From Tricharina praecox (lineage: Eukaryota), in contig NW_026250405.1 of the NCBI RefSeq assembly GCF_024521635.1, positions 1,488,001 to 1,552,000 of the forward strand: a DNA stretch of 64,000 bases, read 5' to 3'. The notes below the pieces were generated by a model. It saw only the letters and a program-made list of their open reading frames with translations. It was not told the origin of the DNA and ran no database searches. The position numbers and the translations under genes are program-made. Shown piece by piece: positions 36,367 to 49,737 of this stretch. The number at the start of each line of letters is the position of its first letter. The first letter of the stretch is position 1.

Positions 36367-37633
36367 CCGCTCGGGCCGGTGGGCGAGGTGATTGAGGCTC
36401 TTGCCGGTGTAAGCCGGCGGCTTTCGTTGCAACTTGCAACTTGCAGGGCCATAGGTATGCTTCCGGTAGGTACGAGGGCGAGCACGGATCTGCGGGGTTG
36501 CCGGTAAGTTCACGGCGGGATGGGAAATGCACATCTCGGGATTGCTCGTGATCCTACTGGTAGCACTGCCGATGCTATTTGAATATGGATTTGTTGCGCT
36601 ATCTACATATGGCTGCTAGATTGAGTTTGTTAATCGATTTTGTTCTGTTCAATCATCTTTGCATTTAAACATGGCAGTGACATTTCTCCCCCCACTCTCT
36701 GCGGCCAGCTCGATGTGGGTTCCCCGTTACCATCCACCCCACCCCATCTCGGCCCAATCGGTCAATTGATTATGAAACTAAGCCCTGGCGAAACAAGATC
36801 TGCGAGCCATAAGCCATGACGAGGCCAGAGCGCACCACCACGAATTACCCACACAAAAATCTCCCCAAGTACTATATAGTATATAAGTGCCCACATGATT
36901 CTCTGCTGCCGTTGCAACTCCTCCAGAATCGGCAGGAAGCCGATACATTTTTATGTATCTAGCGACGGATCGAGTGAGAGTGCATGTCGGATAGAAACTC
37001 AAAACGTTTTGTTTAGTACATATGGGAGGTCGACGGGTCTCAGTGATGGCCTCTAGAGTACGTACAGCCCTTCGGTGGGTAATTGTCGCTTTGCTCCAGA
37101 TCTCTCGTGCACAACGGCTCCCCTACGCGGTGATGGACCACAGTTACACTCGAGAGGAGGCACAGATAGTACCACAAAGATCGGTGCTCTAGATAACTAC
37201 GGTGTTGAATCGAGTGAGCAACGTCAGCCTGCTGCTTCTCCTCGTATCAATCGAGGTAGATGCGGAGGATGTCACTCGAAGGGGAAACAATTGCCGTCAT
37301 GCCTCTTCTTTGCTCTAGTGCGGCCAACCCTGGTCAAGCATCTAGTTACCGTACGCGTGCCTCTTCCCTACGCCACCGAATCGAGCTTGTACGCATGGAG
37401 ATATCGACATTTCTCTACACGCCCCGACATGAGCACGGATGAATTACAACTGAATCATAACTCTTGCGAGGGGGGGAGGGGGTGGAGGCCCAGGCTGGTG
37501 GTACATGGTAAAGGGACGGACGGACGGTATGAGACACCAGCCCCTTGAGGCATCTAGCGGAGGAAGCATATCAAGTGCTCCTTACCACCTCCTCTAGCTC
37601 GAGCTCTCCCGTCGCAACAAACACCACAGCAAT

Positions 37634-38759
37634 ATGACACCCAAATTTCTCCCCGACGACGTTCCCAACCTCACAGGCAAAGTCGCGATAGTGACGGGGT
37701 GAGTTTTTGCATCCTGCCGCCACGCTCCCGTGCTCCATCTGATCCCTCCGCAACACAGTCCCAAACGCGGTCTCGGCCTCGAAACCGTGCACCTCCTCGC
37801 GCGCCGCGGCTGCACCGTGTACCTCGCCGGACGCGGCGACCTGGTGCAGACGATTGCGGACCTCAAGAAGGCGCGTCCGGACGTTGCGAACGCAGAGCTG
37901 TACCCGCTCGAGCTCGACCTCTCTTCGATCACCACTGCGGCCGCCGCCGCAGACCGCTTCCCCGGCGAGCGCCTCGACATCGTCATCGCGAACGCGGGGA
38001 TCTCAATGAACAACTCCGTCGCGCCCAGCCCTGAGGGCTGGGAACACCACTTCCAGACGAACCATCTGGGACACTTCGCGTTCATAGAGGGCCTCCTGCC
38101 GCTGCTGGTTGAGAGTCCCGAGGCCCGCATCGTCGTCACGAGCTCGGAGGCGTACAAGTTCGCTACGAAGGGCATCGATTTCGACTCGCTCAGGAAGGAT
38201 GTGGATCCGTCCCTGCTGGGGCTGATGGGCTGCATGAAGAGGTATGGCCAGAGCAAGCTGGCGAATACACTGTATGTGAGGGAGCTCCAGCGGAGACTGC
38301 TGGAGAAGGGTGTTAAGAATGTTTATGTTAATGCTGCGAATCCCGGTGAGTTCCCCCCTCCTCCCCGGGGCGACGGTGACGGTTGAGCGGGCCATACTGA
38401 TGGTTTTGAAAGGTGTAATTGCTAGTACTGGACTCGGCGGCGACGGTTCGCAGTTTGGCTTGCCGAAGTTCGTGCCGGTAGCCCTGAGGAAGGTGGGAGG
38501 GGCATTAATAGGGTTCAATCTCCAGGGCGGGGCGATGACGCAGGTGTGGGCAGCTACGGCGAGGAATATCGTCGACGAGGATATCCGGGGACAGTATATA
38601 ATGCCCGCCATGGGCTGGTCCGGTGGATATCACCATTCGAAAGTGGCAGATCCATTGGACCACGCGAAGGATGATGAGGCGGCAAAGAAGCTGTGGGAGG
38701 TGAGCGTGAAGGCTGTCACTGAAGCCGAAGCTAAGGCAGGACATGGTGGATTGAACTGA
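37634..38759 (+). CDS. Short-chain dehydrogenase/reductase (retinol dehydrogenase-like), 3 exons
   Basis: VPNLTGKVAIVT|GPKRGLG fits TGxxxGxG. Also LELDLSS, DIVIANAG, FQTNHLGHF, YGQSKLAN (YxxxK) and AANP|GVIAST. Confidence 0.9.
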
Positions 38760-40297
38760 ACTGATCGGCGAGACTGGGGGGGTGCTTTGTATGTAAGATA
38801 TGTGATGTGGGGACGGGATGCTACTATACACTGCGTGATGGGACGCACATGGGAAAGCTGAGGAGTCATCGTAGAATGTTTCTATCCCAAGTGGATTCTG
38901 TATCGCAGTCAGCTCTGCATCTGCAATGGAAGCTGTCGTTGTCATATCGGTTCGTGTCATCAGCGTTTCCGCATGGAACCGAACATGCCGATGCTGACGC
39001 GGCCGGCAATTCTCAAACAAAAGACTGGTGATACTCACTTTAACCAGTACATGCCAACGAAATATATTGCCGCGACGGACCTCAACACCCATGATATCTA
39101 CCCAAGCCAGCGGGGCTGCGACCGCAGACTCGGCAACCAACAGCGTGGACGGTGGACCTGAACTTTTGCACAAAGGGAATTGAGTTCGACCGCGGGCAGC
39201 CCATCGCCTTGCGAGGAATACCCACCTCTTGCCTATCTAACGTGAAACTAATTCCGCGTGGACACTGGACGGACGCCAGAGACCTCTAGGTAGAGCACTA
39301 GGAATAGAGTAGAACATCTACACAGCTCAAAATCCCCTCGTTGCCTTGGCGGTTACACGGACTGATTGCTCCCCGAGGTGAGGCTTTCCATGTTGCTCGG
39401 TAACAGCCGTTCTACGGCACTCTAGCCACACGCGCGCAGCGGCAACTTGGGGGATATCGAGGCGACTGGCTGCTTGGCTGCTGGCCAAAACGAAAGGTCG
39501 ACTCTGTACGGTATTCTACCCAGTACAGTAGTTACCGGTACACCCAGCTCTGCTTACCGCGCCTGGCCCTACCTATTAACTGTTCTCCATCTGTATCTGT
39601 CGGCTTCAACCTCAAGTCCTACCTACCGGTGTCTCGCGTTCCTTGCACGTTTTGGTCCCCTTATCCGGTGCTCGACCTGGCCGCTCCTGCGTACTCTAAC
39701 ATCGCCGCTCCACCCGCTCCACCCGCTCCCCCCTCCCCCTCCCCCTCCCCGCTCTCCTACTCCTCCCGCCCATATTGCGGACCCGCCATCTCATCCCTTT
39801 AGTTCGTCTGCCTTATCGGAAAGAGTCCTGCCTGCCGTTCGTTTTTATTTTTATTTCTGGCTCACCATCAACCCTAGCATCAATCCCAAATCCTTCTCGG
39901 TTAGCTCCGTTCCGTAATCTTACTGCCTTCGGTTGTCAGGGGTGAGAAGAGAGAAGGAAGGGAACATCGTCGAACGGAACCTAGACCATCCCGACTCGAC
40001 CTGTCTGTCGACCTTCCATCCCAAATTTTGGTTCCCCTTCACCACGCTTCATATTATCTTCATTCCTCACCTTTCCTTCCCGTTCCCCTTATTCAGTTAA
40101 TCCGGACGAACGAAACGACCGGAACGGACCGACAAGTGGCAACCCAAAACCCCCCCCAAGAAAAACCCGCATACGGAGAAAAACGCGTGCGGAACACACA
40201 CACATACACACACACCTATCCTCCCCTCCTTTTTGGATATCTTTCCTCTGTCTGCTAGAGGTTTACATTTTGGTTATACGACAAACTACTGGCAACG

Positions 40298-41904
40298 ATG
40301 TTGACGCTCAAGGGGATGTCGGTCAAGACGGTTCGGAATAGACTGCCGCCACTGCGGGCCGTAGCGAGCATTTTTTCGAGGACGAGGTTCTGGTTTTTGG
40401 TGTTTCTGTCGGCGTTCATCGTCATATTATGGCGAGGCGTGAATTCCTCGGCTGCGAATATGCAAAAGTGAGTACATGCCTTCCCCCTTACTCCTTGCGT
40501 GGGTTGGCTGTATTGTGGTCCGTGGTCCGTGGTTCGTGGTATCGGAGCATTGGATCTAAGGGGGTTGTTTGTGGGGCGGGTGGAATGCGGTAATGGGGGG
40601 GACACGGAGACAGCTTTCAAACCCCCCCCCCCCCCCCCCCCCCCAACATGAAGCTGGACCCAACACGAGACACAAGAAGCCAAGTGCTAACGATCTGCTC
40701 CCCCGCCTACCAAGATATTACTGCTTCGGACCCGCAAAGTCACCACTAGAGATCTCACAGAACGAGCACGCAAAATGGCACATGCATCACCAGACACCGG
40801 TACTGTTCAACCACCACAAGCCGATCGAGGTCAATGCGAGCACGATCCAGTACATCGACCTGAACAAAGTCTCGTCCACCACCGACGCCATCAAGAACAA
40901 GGAGCGGATTCTGATACTCACCCCCCTCCGCGACGCCGCATACTACCTGCCCAAGCACTTCGAGCTCGTTGCGCAGCTGACGTACCCCCACGAACTCATC
41001 GACCTTGCGTTTTTGGTCTCTGACTCCACCGATGATACCCTCGCCGTTCTCGCCGCGGAGTTGGACCGCGTCCAGAACCAGCCCGATCCGAAGCTCGGCG
41101 GCCCATTTCATAGTGTCACCATCGTGCAAAAGGATTATGGCGTCGCCGAGAGTCAGGATGTTACCGTGCGGCACTCGTTCGAATTCCAAGGCCCCCGGAG
41201 AAAGGCTATGGGCATGGCCAGGAACTTCTTGCTCAGTGCCACGCTGACAGCGGAGCACTCGTGGGTGTACTGGAGAGATGTGGATATCGTCGAGAACCCC
41301 AAGAGCATCATCGAGGACTTCATCAAGCACGACAAGGATATTCTCGTCCCGAGTAAGCCCCACATCCCATCATTTCCTCCCTCACTCCCCCGCTGACCAG
41401 CGAAAAGACATCTGGTTCCACCGTTATGAGGGCAACCACGACATTGAGGGCCGCTTCGACTACAACTCGTGGCAGGAGTCTCCCGAGGCTCTCAAGCTTG
41501 CAGCCAGCCTTCCCAAGGACACTGTTCTCGCCGAAGGCTACGCACAGTACGATACCAAGCGCAAGCACATGGCCATGATGGGAAGCCGCGGCGATAACCC
41601 CGACGAGGAGATTGAGCTCGATGGTATCGGAGGTGTCAACATCCTCGTCAAAGCGGATGTCCATCGTGCCGGTACTGCCACCCCCTCCTCCCTCTCCTCC
41701 CCCAATTCGTCACCACTATGATAACTGACTGTACCCGCAGGCATCAACTTCCCCTGTTACGCCTTTGAGAATCAGGCGGAAACTGAGGGCTTCGCAAAGA
41801 TGGCCAAGCGTGCGGGCTACCAGGTCATCGGTCTGCCTAACTATGTCGTGTGGCACCTCGACACGGACGAGAAGCCCGGCAACCTTAAGGGCAGACCTGC
41901 ATAG
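40298..41904 (+). CDS. ANP1: GT62 mannan polymerase subunit (Anp1), 4 exons
   Basis: N-terminal TM segment, then YYCFGP, ERILILTPLRDA, LTYPHELIDLAFLVSDS, RRKAMGMARNFLL, VYWRDVD, RFDYNSWQES, LDGIGGVNILVKADVHR and FPCYAFENQAETEGFAKMAKRAG. Confidence 0.92.
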
Positions 41905-43041
41905 AATTATTTCATTTCGCGAGGAGTAAAAATTGGATGGATGGATGGAAGGATGGATGGAAGGATGGATGGAAGGAGGGATGGACGGGAGGAGATACAG
42001 CTAATGACACTACCACCACCCTCCCTCCTCCTCCCCCCTCCCCATCCCCCCTCCCCCTCCCACTCCAACTCGACAACCCCCACAGCAACCTTTTAGAACG
42101 TTTGGCTATTTCTTTTCTATCATGTTACTCCCCTTTTTTGTTCATTATTGCAGGCGTAGGGTAGGGCAGTGTAGGTTTTGGAATCGATGGAGAGGGAGGA
42201 TACGATACTTTGTAGGCGGGGAGGATGGGGGGAGACGGGGTTCAACTTTTTTTTTGGTTTTTATATATTTTATATAACTTATTTACTTTTTGGTTCGGTG
42301 GTGTTCTGGCATCTCACTGATTGAGCTTTTGGGAGACACAGACACTGAGAGAATGGGATGGGATGGGGTACAAAATGTCGTGACCTTCGGATGGCGACGG
42401 ATGGATGGACGGTTGGGTGGGTGGGGATGGGTGGGGGCGTGGCGTAAGCATGAGCATACCGGTGAAGGGGAGAGGGACGATGGACTTCCCTTCTCCTTCC
42501 TTCTCCTTCTCCTTCTCGTGTAGAGTAGAGTATGTAGAGTAAGCATCCCCACACTCACTCATCAGATCAGTTCGGGATCGGATCAGTTCCGCGTCATATG
42601 CATCCATCCATCCAAAACACATCGCAGGACATTAGGAAAACAAAAGAAAAAACAAAACAAAACAAAAGATATAGAACTGGATTGAGGAGAAAAAAAAGAA
42701 TTTTTTTTAAAAAATGTCCACGGAGTGATGTTTCCACTTTCACTCAGTTGATGACAAGCCATACACACAGCTCTTCTAAGAAATTCTCGACGACGACGAC
42801 CAATAGGTACGACAGCAGACAGCTCGCTCTCAAAAACTCGACGACAAACAGGATAAGCAATAAGCAATAAGCAAGAAGAAGAAGAAGAAGAAGAAGAAGA
42901 AGAAGGAGGAGAAGGAGAAGGAGAAGAAGAAGAAAAAGGAGAAAAAGAAGCATAAAAAGAAGTTCATACAACGCCACCCATCAATCAATCGGCACATACA
43001 ACATTACTAACCCATCCCCCTTCCGCCTCCCACTCCGTCCA

Positions 43042-44249
43042 CTAATATTGCCGTTTCCTGGGCAAACCCAACTGCTCCAATTTCCTGCAATTGGGGAGCA
43101 CCTTATCCTTCGCCCTCTTGATAGCCTCGCGATCGGTAGTGAAGAACCCGTGCGCGTCCTGTATCTCCTGCTGCCTTAGGAGCTCCTCGCGGTTGCAGCC
43201 GACATTGTACTTATTGATTATGGCAGCTTCTGCGCGCATGCCCAGCTTCGTGACGTCGCGCATAGCCATGCCGTCGATATCCGCGGGGTTGACCCAGAAG
43301 GGGATGTGGTGGTTAGGTGTGGAGCGCATGCTGGTGTAGGGCGGGGTTCTCTCGAGCGAGAACTTGGGGCCGCGCAGGGACTCGCCGCCATCGCCGCCGA
43401 ACAGCCCGCTCAGCAGCGGCAGCAGGAAGAACAGTATCAGCGGTAGCAGCTGCCAGAACATGCGCGTGAGATTTGCCGGCTGCGCTGCCTCGCCGTCGGC
43501 GGCCGCGTGCTGCGCCGGTGGTGCTCGCCGTCGCATCCGTGGGCCGCCGCCGCCGAACTGGTGCACGCGGATCCCGGGGCCGCCGAATGTGAAGCCGGCA
43601 CCGTCGCCGAAAATGCCGCCGCCCCCTCCGCCCCCCATTCCGCCGCCGCTGAAGAACATGTTGAATAGATCCTCGGGTGAGATCTCGGGGCCTTGGAAGC
43701 CGCCGAATGGCGTGCCCCGTGCGCCGCCAAATCCAGCGGGGAACCCACCCATGCCGCCGCCTCCACCTCCGCCTCCACCGCCACCTCCGCCGCCTCGTGA
43801 GTCCGGGTCCGAGCCGGTTTGGTCGAAGATCTGCCGTTTCTGCGGGTCGGAGAGAACCTGGAACGCTTTCGCAACCACTGTGTAATCGCCGTCCGCATCA
43901 GCCCTCTTATCTCCTTACATCTCCTTACATCTGATCTCACCCCGCCCTGCGCCCCCGCGTAATACGTACATTTAAAAGCCTCATCCGCGCCGGGAGCCCC
44001 ATTCTTGTCCGGGTGTGTAGCCAGCGACAATTTATGGTAAGCCTTCTTTATCTGCGAGTCGCTGGCAACCTTCTCGACCGCCAAGATCTCGTAGAATTTT
44101 GTTGCGCCGCAGCGCCGGATCCGCTCCACGGCCGCTTTCTGCTCCACAGTGTACTCGCGGTCTTGTCGCCCGTGACTGTGTTCGCGGAACTTCGCTGAGC
44201 CCCCCGTGCTCCCCGTGCCCGTGGCGTTGGCGCCCGTGCTTGATGACAT
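43042..44249 (-). CDS. HLJ1: ER membrane J-protein (Hlj1/DNAJB12-like with DUF1977), 2 exons (intron 43878-43969)
   Basis: J domain [42 protein letters not shown], a G/F-rich region, [11 protein letters not shown], a TM helix and a lumenal domain. Confidence 0.9.
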
Positions 44250-44735
44250 CGCGAGGTCGGAGGTCGGAGGTCCGGGGGAGGGAAGAGGGGGAGGGGATGC
44301 TCGTGGGCCGGAAATTGGGCGGTGGGATACAGATGGGTTGAAGCTATGCCCGTTGAAGCTTCGATTCGTGGGATGATGGCTAAGGTGTTTTGTCGCGAGT
44401 GGATGATTGACGGGGTTGGTGTTGTTATTGCGGTGCTATGCGTTGTGGTGGTGGTGGTAGTGGTGGTGGTGGACGTTGGCGGTGGCCGGTGGTGGACGTT
44501 GGCGGTGGCCGGGCTGGACTGGCTGGCTTCTTTCTTCTTCTTCGCGATGTTGTTCTGGTGTCCTTTCAGAAAGGGATCCCAGACCAGAAACATGGGAGTC
44601 GCAGAGCCGAGCATTCCTACCATTAGTAGTGGCTTGGCGAGCAGGCAAAGTTCATGTCGTCGAGAGTTCATGAATTCCATAGATATCGACCACATAAACT
44701 CTATCTCTCCCCACACCACACAGGAGCGACCAAAA

Positions 44736-45831
44736 ATGCGTGCCAGAAAGGAACAGAAAAAACCCGCCGACCTGCTGGCTCTTGCCGAAGACAGCGGCGA
44801 GGAGGGCCATGTGAGCGACAGCGACGCCGACGAGCGCTCAAAAAAACTTACGCAGCACCGCGCGAAACGGAGGAAGGTCCAACGCACCGACAACGACGAG
44901 AGCGACGATTCTGAGGACGACGATGACGACGATGAGGAGGGTGGTGCGGCCATAGACCCACGATTTGCGGGCAAATTCAACGATCCCACACCAGCACCGG
45001 CCAAAGACGACGAGGACGACGACGGCGCAGAAGGCGAAGAAGAAGAAGAGGCCGAAGGAGAGTCCTCGAAGCTTATCACGCACCCGTCGGCATTGAAGCC
45101 CCTCACGCCTGCGCAACTTGCGCTGTCCAAAGAAGCGACGCACAAGACGGGCGTAGTGTACCTCTCGCGGATCCCGCCGTTCATGAAGCCACAGAAGGTG
45201 CGGGACCTTTTGAGCCGGTTCGGCGCGATCAACCGGGTTTTCCTGGCGCCGGAAGATCCAAAGGCACATGCGAAGCGGGTCAAATTCGGTGGGAACAAGA
45301 AGAGGAACTTTGTCGAGGGCTGGATCGAGTTTGTGGATAAGAAGGAGGCAAAGCTGTGTGCCGAGACGTTGAATACACAGAATATCGGAGGGAAGAAGGG
45401 AAGCTACTACTACGATGACGTGTGGAATATCAAGTATCTCAGGAAGTTCAAGTGGCATCATTTGCAGGCGCAGATTGGTAAGTCCTTCCCCCTTCCCTCG
45501 GAATGGATGGTAGGAGGCTGACAGGATCACAGCGTATGAGAATGCTTCGAGACAGGCAAAGCTCAGGGCCGAGATTGCGCACGAGACGAGGGTCAACAAG
45601 ACATATCTGCGCAACGTCGAGAGAGCAAAGATGGTGGAGACCATGCAGGAAGCGAAGAAGAACAAGCGGAAAGCGGAACAAGGCGGTGCTGGTGGAGAGA
45701 GTGCGGAGCCCACAAAGGTTGAGGTGCGAAGACAATTCCGACAGCACAAGGTCAAGGGCCGGGCGATGGAGAAGACAGAAGGCAGGGACCAGAGCGACAA
45801 GGTCAAGAGCCTGCTCAGCAAGGTGTTTTAA
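44736..45831 (+). CDS. ESF2: Pre-rRNA-processing protein (RRM, ABT1 family), 2 exons (intron 45478-45532)
   Basis: TGVVYLSRIPPFMKP, RVFLAPED, EGWIEF, IGGKKGSYYYDDVWNIKYLRKFKWHHL, plus an acidic N-terminus. Confidence 0.93.
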
Positions 45832-46278
45832 TAGATCAACAGAAGGGAGCTGTTGGGCGTTTTGCGGGAATCTTTGGTCTTGTCTCAGTGCGCAACTCAT
45901 ACCTGCGCTACATCGTGAACTTCACCCATCCGTGAGCAAGTGAGTAAGAAATGAATGAGATTTTGCATTCCCAGCAGTCATCTACAATCCCCGCTTTTTT
46001 TTGCTCCACCAATGCCGCGCGGAAACGATGTACTCTATTTGGATCGAACAGGAGGAGGATCCTCCAACCACAGAAAAGAAGGAAAAAAATCACACTCATC
46101 ATGAAGACTTCGCAATGACAATAGCAGAAGCAACAGCAACAGCAAAGCCGTGGGCAGCAGTTTGCACCAGGATACGGCAACATGGGTATATCGCAATATC
46201 TTGAGCAACCGCAGCACCTCCCCCTCCTCCCTCCGTATTCTTTCCTCTTTGACTCAAACGCATGGGCTTTGTTTTGGC

Positions 46279-46851
46279 TTATTTGCTCTTGGTCAAAGAG
46301 TCTAACTCCTTGCGCTCAGCCATCTCGCGCTCGATCTCCTCAATGTACGGCCGGAGGTAGTTGATGTCCTGTTGTCCCCCGATATATCAGTCGATGCCCT
46401 TCCCCGCATCGGGACGAAAAAGTCTCACCTGCTCAGGCTTTGTCTGCTCGTTCAGTGGCAGCAGCTGGTGGGAGAGCGAGCACTGCATGGCGCGGCGGTG
46501 ACGGAACATGCGGTCGTAGGCGAGACGGGGCGGCAGGCGCTTCAGGGCCTTCTGCACAATCGGGTTCTCCTCGGCGAGGATGTCGTCGTAGCTGTTCCCC
46601 CACCAGCAAAGTCAGCATACTCCCGGAATCACCCGATGGGGGACAGTTGGAGTGGCGATGTGTCGGCAGGTTTGCAGTCGGAGAGAGGCAAAAGACAGGA
46701 ATTGATGCAGCGGGTGAAGAGAGCCGTACAGAAGTCCGAGCTTACGGTATCCCGCAAGATCCATGTACTTGTTCGCGATCGGCTTCATCATGTTATCGAG
46801 AGCCGGACGGCTCTGGATGAACGCGGTCACACGCTTAGCGATAGCTGACAT
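46279..46851 (-). CDS. QCR7: Cytochrome bc1 complex subunit 7, 3 exons
   Basis: LAGYRKLGLL|YDDILAEENPIVQKALKRLPPRLAYDRMFRHRRAMQCSLSHQLLP..TKPEQ|DINYLRPYIEEIEREMAERKELDSLTKSK*. Confidence 0.93.
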
Positions 46852-49737
46852 TTTTGCGTAACGATAGTAACGACGGCTGGTAGGTGTCGTGAACGAGAGT
46901 TGGTTGGCTGAAAGTGGATGTGTGGTGATGAGTGTGGTGGAGGTGGTTGTGGTGTTGAGAAGTGAGCGAAACGAATGCGGGATGAATTATCGGAAGTTGC
47001 CCGGCATCAGCCCTCATCAAGTACCCTCTCATTGGCTAACGGCCACGCTGCGTATTTTGTGGAACAGGGATTTTTGTCCCGCGAGCAGCAACAACACCAC
47101 AGAAATCATTTTTTTGATAAAAATGGGCATGATTTCCGTGGGACTTCTAGAAAACATGAAAATCCGGAAGCAGGCATCGGATTGAGATTGTGCGAAATGA
47201 AGGGTTCACATTCACGATTTCAGGGAACATGCAGGGAAATTGACATTTCTAACGTTTAAATCCAACCTTATTCGCACTCGCCGTGGCACAAATGTTGGCC
47301 ACTGCACCTACATACCTCATTCTCTGCTGTCATAAGGGTTTCCACGCTGGCGACCATTGGGACCATGCGCGGAGACGCGGACAAAGATTCACGGCGACAA
47401 CCGCCCGGTTCCGGCGGCAAGGGCAACGGCAACGTCTGGCCTGTAGCCGAGTGTCACAACTATCGCACCTAGAACTTTCTCAGGAGAAGGATCTCACCAA
47501 GCAAGCAGCAACGAACGGCTTAAGCCGCCACGCATCCGGTTCCTGGGCCTGGAGTTAACACACCGGCCAAAATAGGGCTATCCTCCTATGTAAGTAAGGT
47601 GAACCCGAGGCGATGAGTACCGCATGTTGATTCTAGAATAGAACCGTACCGGGCACTGTGTTCCTCGGCCTCGGAGACCGTTCAAAACAGAATGAAAGAA
47701 TGAAGATGTCTGCTTCTTGGTGATAACGTCATGCTCGGATAAGCCAGTCACATGACGACCCCGCGTTTTGACACTGCAGAGCCATGGTAGATCTGCGAAG
47801 CAGAAAGCAAAAGGCTTCCATCCACATGCAACCTTCCATCTTGCCAATCCGCCGCAGCTTAGCTGGCTGGATGCGTTTCCCCCAAGCAACTGATGATGTT
47901 TCAGACTCGAACCACTCGGGAACTGCTAAACGCGGAAACGCCGTTCATCCGAAGGTGATGACGATGGACTTCCACCAGCTCAAAACCGCCGGCGCCGGGG
48001 GCGCAAGCTGCATTTGCAGGTGTCAAGTCGCCCCGCACCACATCACTTCCACATCCTCGGCAGTTTCAAATGCTGCCGACAAGGATAGGAACATCTCCCA
48101 ACCTTATTATGGAGCCGCTGCCCCGCGCCGCCAGAATGCGGGCGCGCAGTGTCTCGGCGCATCCGTCCATATGGCCGAACCGGTGGACCGCGCGATTGAG
48201 GCGGTTGGTGGATCGGCGGACTGCACTGTCGCGACGCATCCGCGAGGTGGTTTCGGGATTCCGGTGGGGATATCCACGCTGCAACGGTGAAGCTGGAGAA
48301 TTTGCGGTCGCGCTCGTCGTTGAGGAGGATGGACCACGGTTTCGACGGCCGGATGTCAGTGGAGTGAGCGAGCGGATGTGCGATGCGGCCGGGAAGCTGG
48401 GAGGTCGCGAGGATATGTAGGCGACTGTTGCGCGCAGAGCGATAAGTTCACCTACAGAATCAACCCTTGCGCATCTGCGTGGGGTGCAGCCGTAAATATT
48501 GCCCTGCCAAGAGATATTGTTTGTCGATCACGGAGGGCAGGCGTCCGGTCGTGCTGCGGGAATGAATTGATCCCGGAGACCCGCAGAGTGGTGGTAGAGT
48601 GGGGGGATACATCTTCCTAAGCATGGCAGTACTTTGATGTGGAGAAGGTGAGGATTAGCCAAGCGGAAATGGCCCGCAAAAGCAGGAATGTCTCTACGGG
48701 GGAAGCGGGAGTGGGATGAGGTACCTACCTAGGAATACCGTTGGTGCATAGCGGGGGTGTACCGGCACTGATAAGGCTGCCAGTCCATGGAGCGTGGTGG
48801 TGGTGGTGGGGAACCTCGTGACTGACAGCCTCAGGAGCAATTCTAAGGCCGATGTGGAGATTATTTCTTGGTCGATGATCATGATGGAGGTGATGATGCC
48901 GGACCCTTCGCCAGTTCCCGTGTTTTTCTAGCAGGTTTCAGGAAAAAGTAAAGAGCTTGTGTGAGGCGATAACTACCCTAATCCTTTGCCGGATAACGAT
49001 TGGCTTGGAGGGGATCGCAACGACCACGGTAAAAAAGTTTATGTAGGATTCTAGGATTCCTGAGCCTCTTTCTGTGAATCTTCTCTCGATCACCAATTCT
49101 ATACAATTTCTCTTGCTCGTCTTCCCTTTCACTGCAATCCACACTCATTCAATCTCTCGATCAGTTTGAGCCGCATATGTGGGGCAAGTGGCGGCCGATA
49201 GTGCGAGCGGGAGTGTGGGTCGAAGTGAGGGTTCAGAAAGGTACTTGTGCATCAGCTTCGTTCCTACCTACTGTGTACCTTCTCTCCCTTCCCACTTCCA
49301 CTTCCTTCACCACCCCCCCTACCTTCGGTATCTCTCCTCCTTCCCCCCATCCCGACCACAGCACTGAGGAGGCTTGAACACGAGAAGCCGACCCCCCCTC
49401 GAGTTGTTGTGCGTTGTTTCGTCCACCCTTCCTCCACCGCTTTCTCTTTCTACCGAATCGAGAACTTCCCCCACCATACCCAACTACCACCACCACCACC
49501 GACCACACGACACTCACCCACCACACCCTACACCTGCTCCACTCCTCTCATCGCTCCCTTCCCGTCGCGTAACTGCAGCGGACACAATCCTAGCTCCGAT
49601 TCTCCCGTGGGTCGCTGACCTGGTACAATTACCGTTCGCTGTTTCCCGGTGTTGCCGTCGCAGCACACCCATACACCACCACCAAAAGCGCCGACAACAC
49701 CCCCGAAAAGCCACACCAAAACCCAGAACGACCAACC

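Noticed and set aside
44048..45821. Long antisense ORFs (416 aa and 327 aa) over ESF2, and similar ones over PCS60, ANP1, NDT1 and MAG1
   Set aside because: Shadow ORFs expected from GC-rich codon usage on the opposite strand of real genes.
47300..48700. Possible decayed gene between QCR7 and NDT1 (intron-like GTAAGT at about 47590; GC-rich ORFs 47784-48620)
   Set aside because: No recognisable motif and no consistent frame could be built; BLASTX would be needed.
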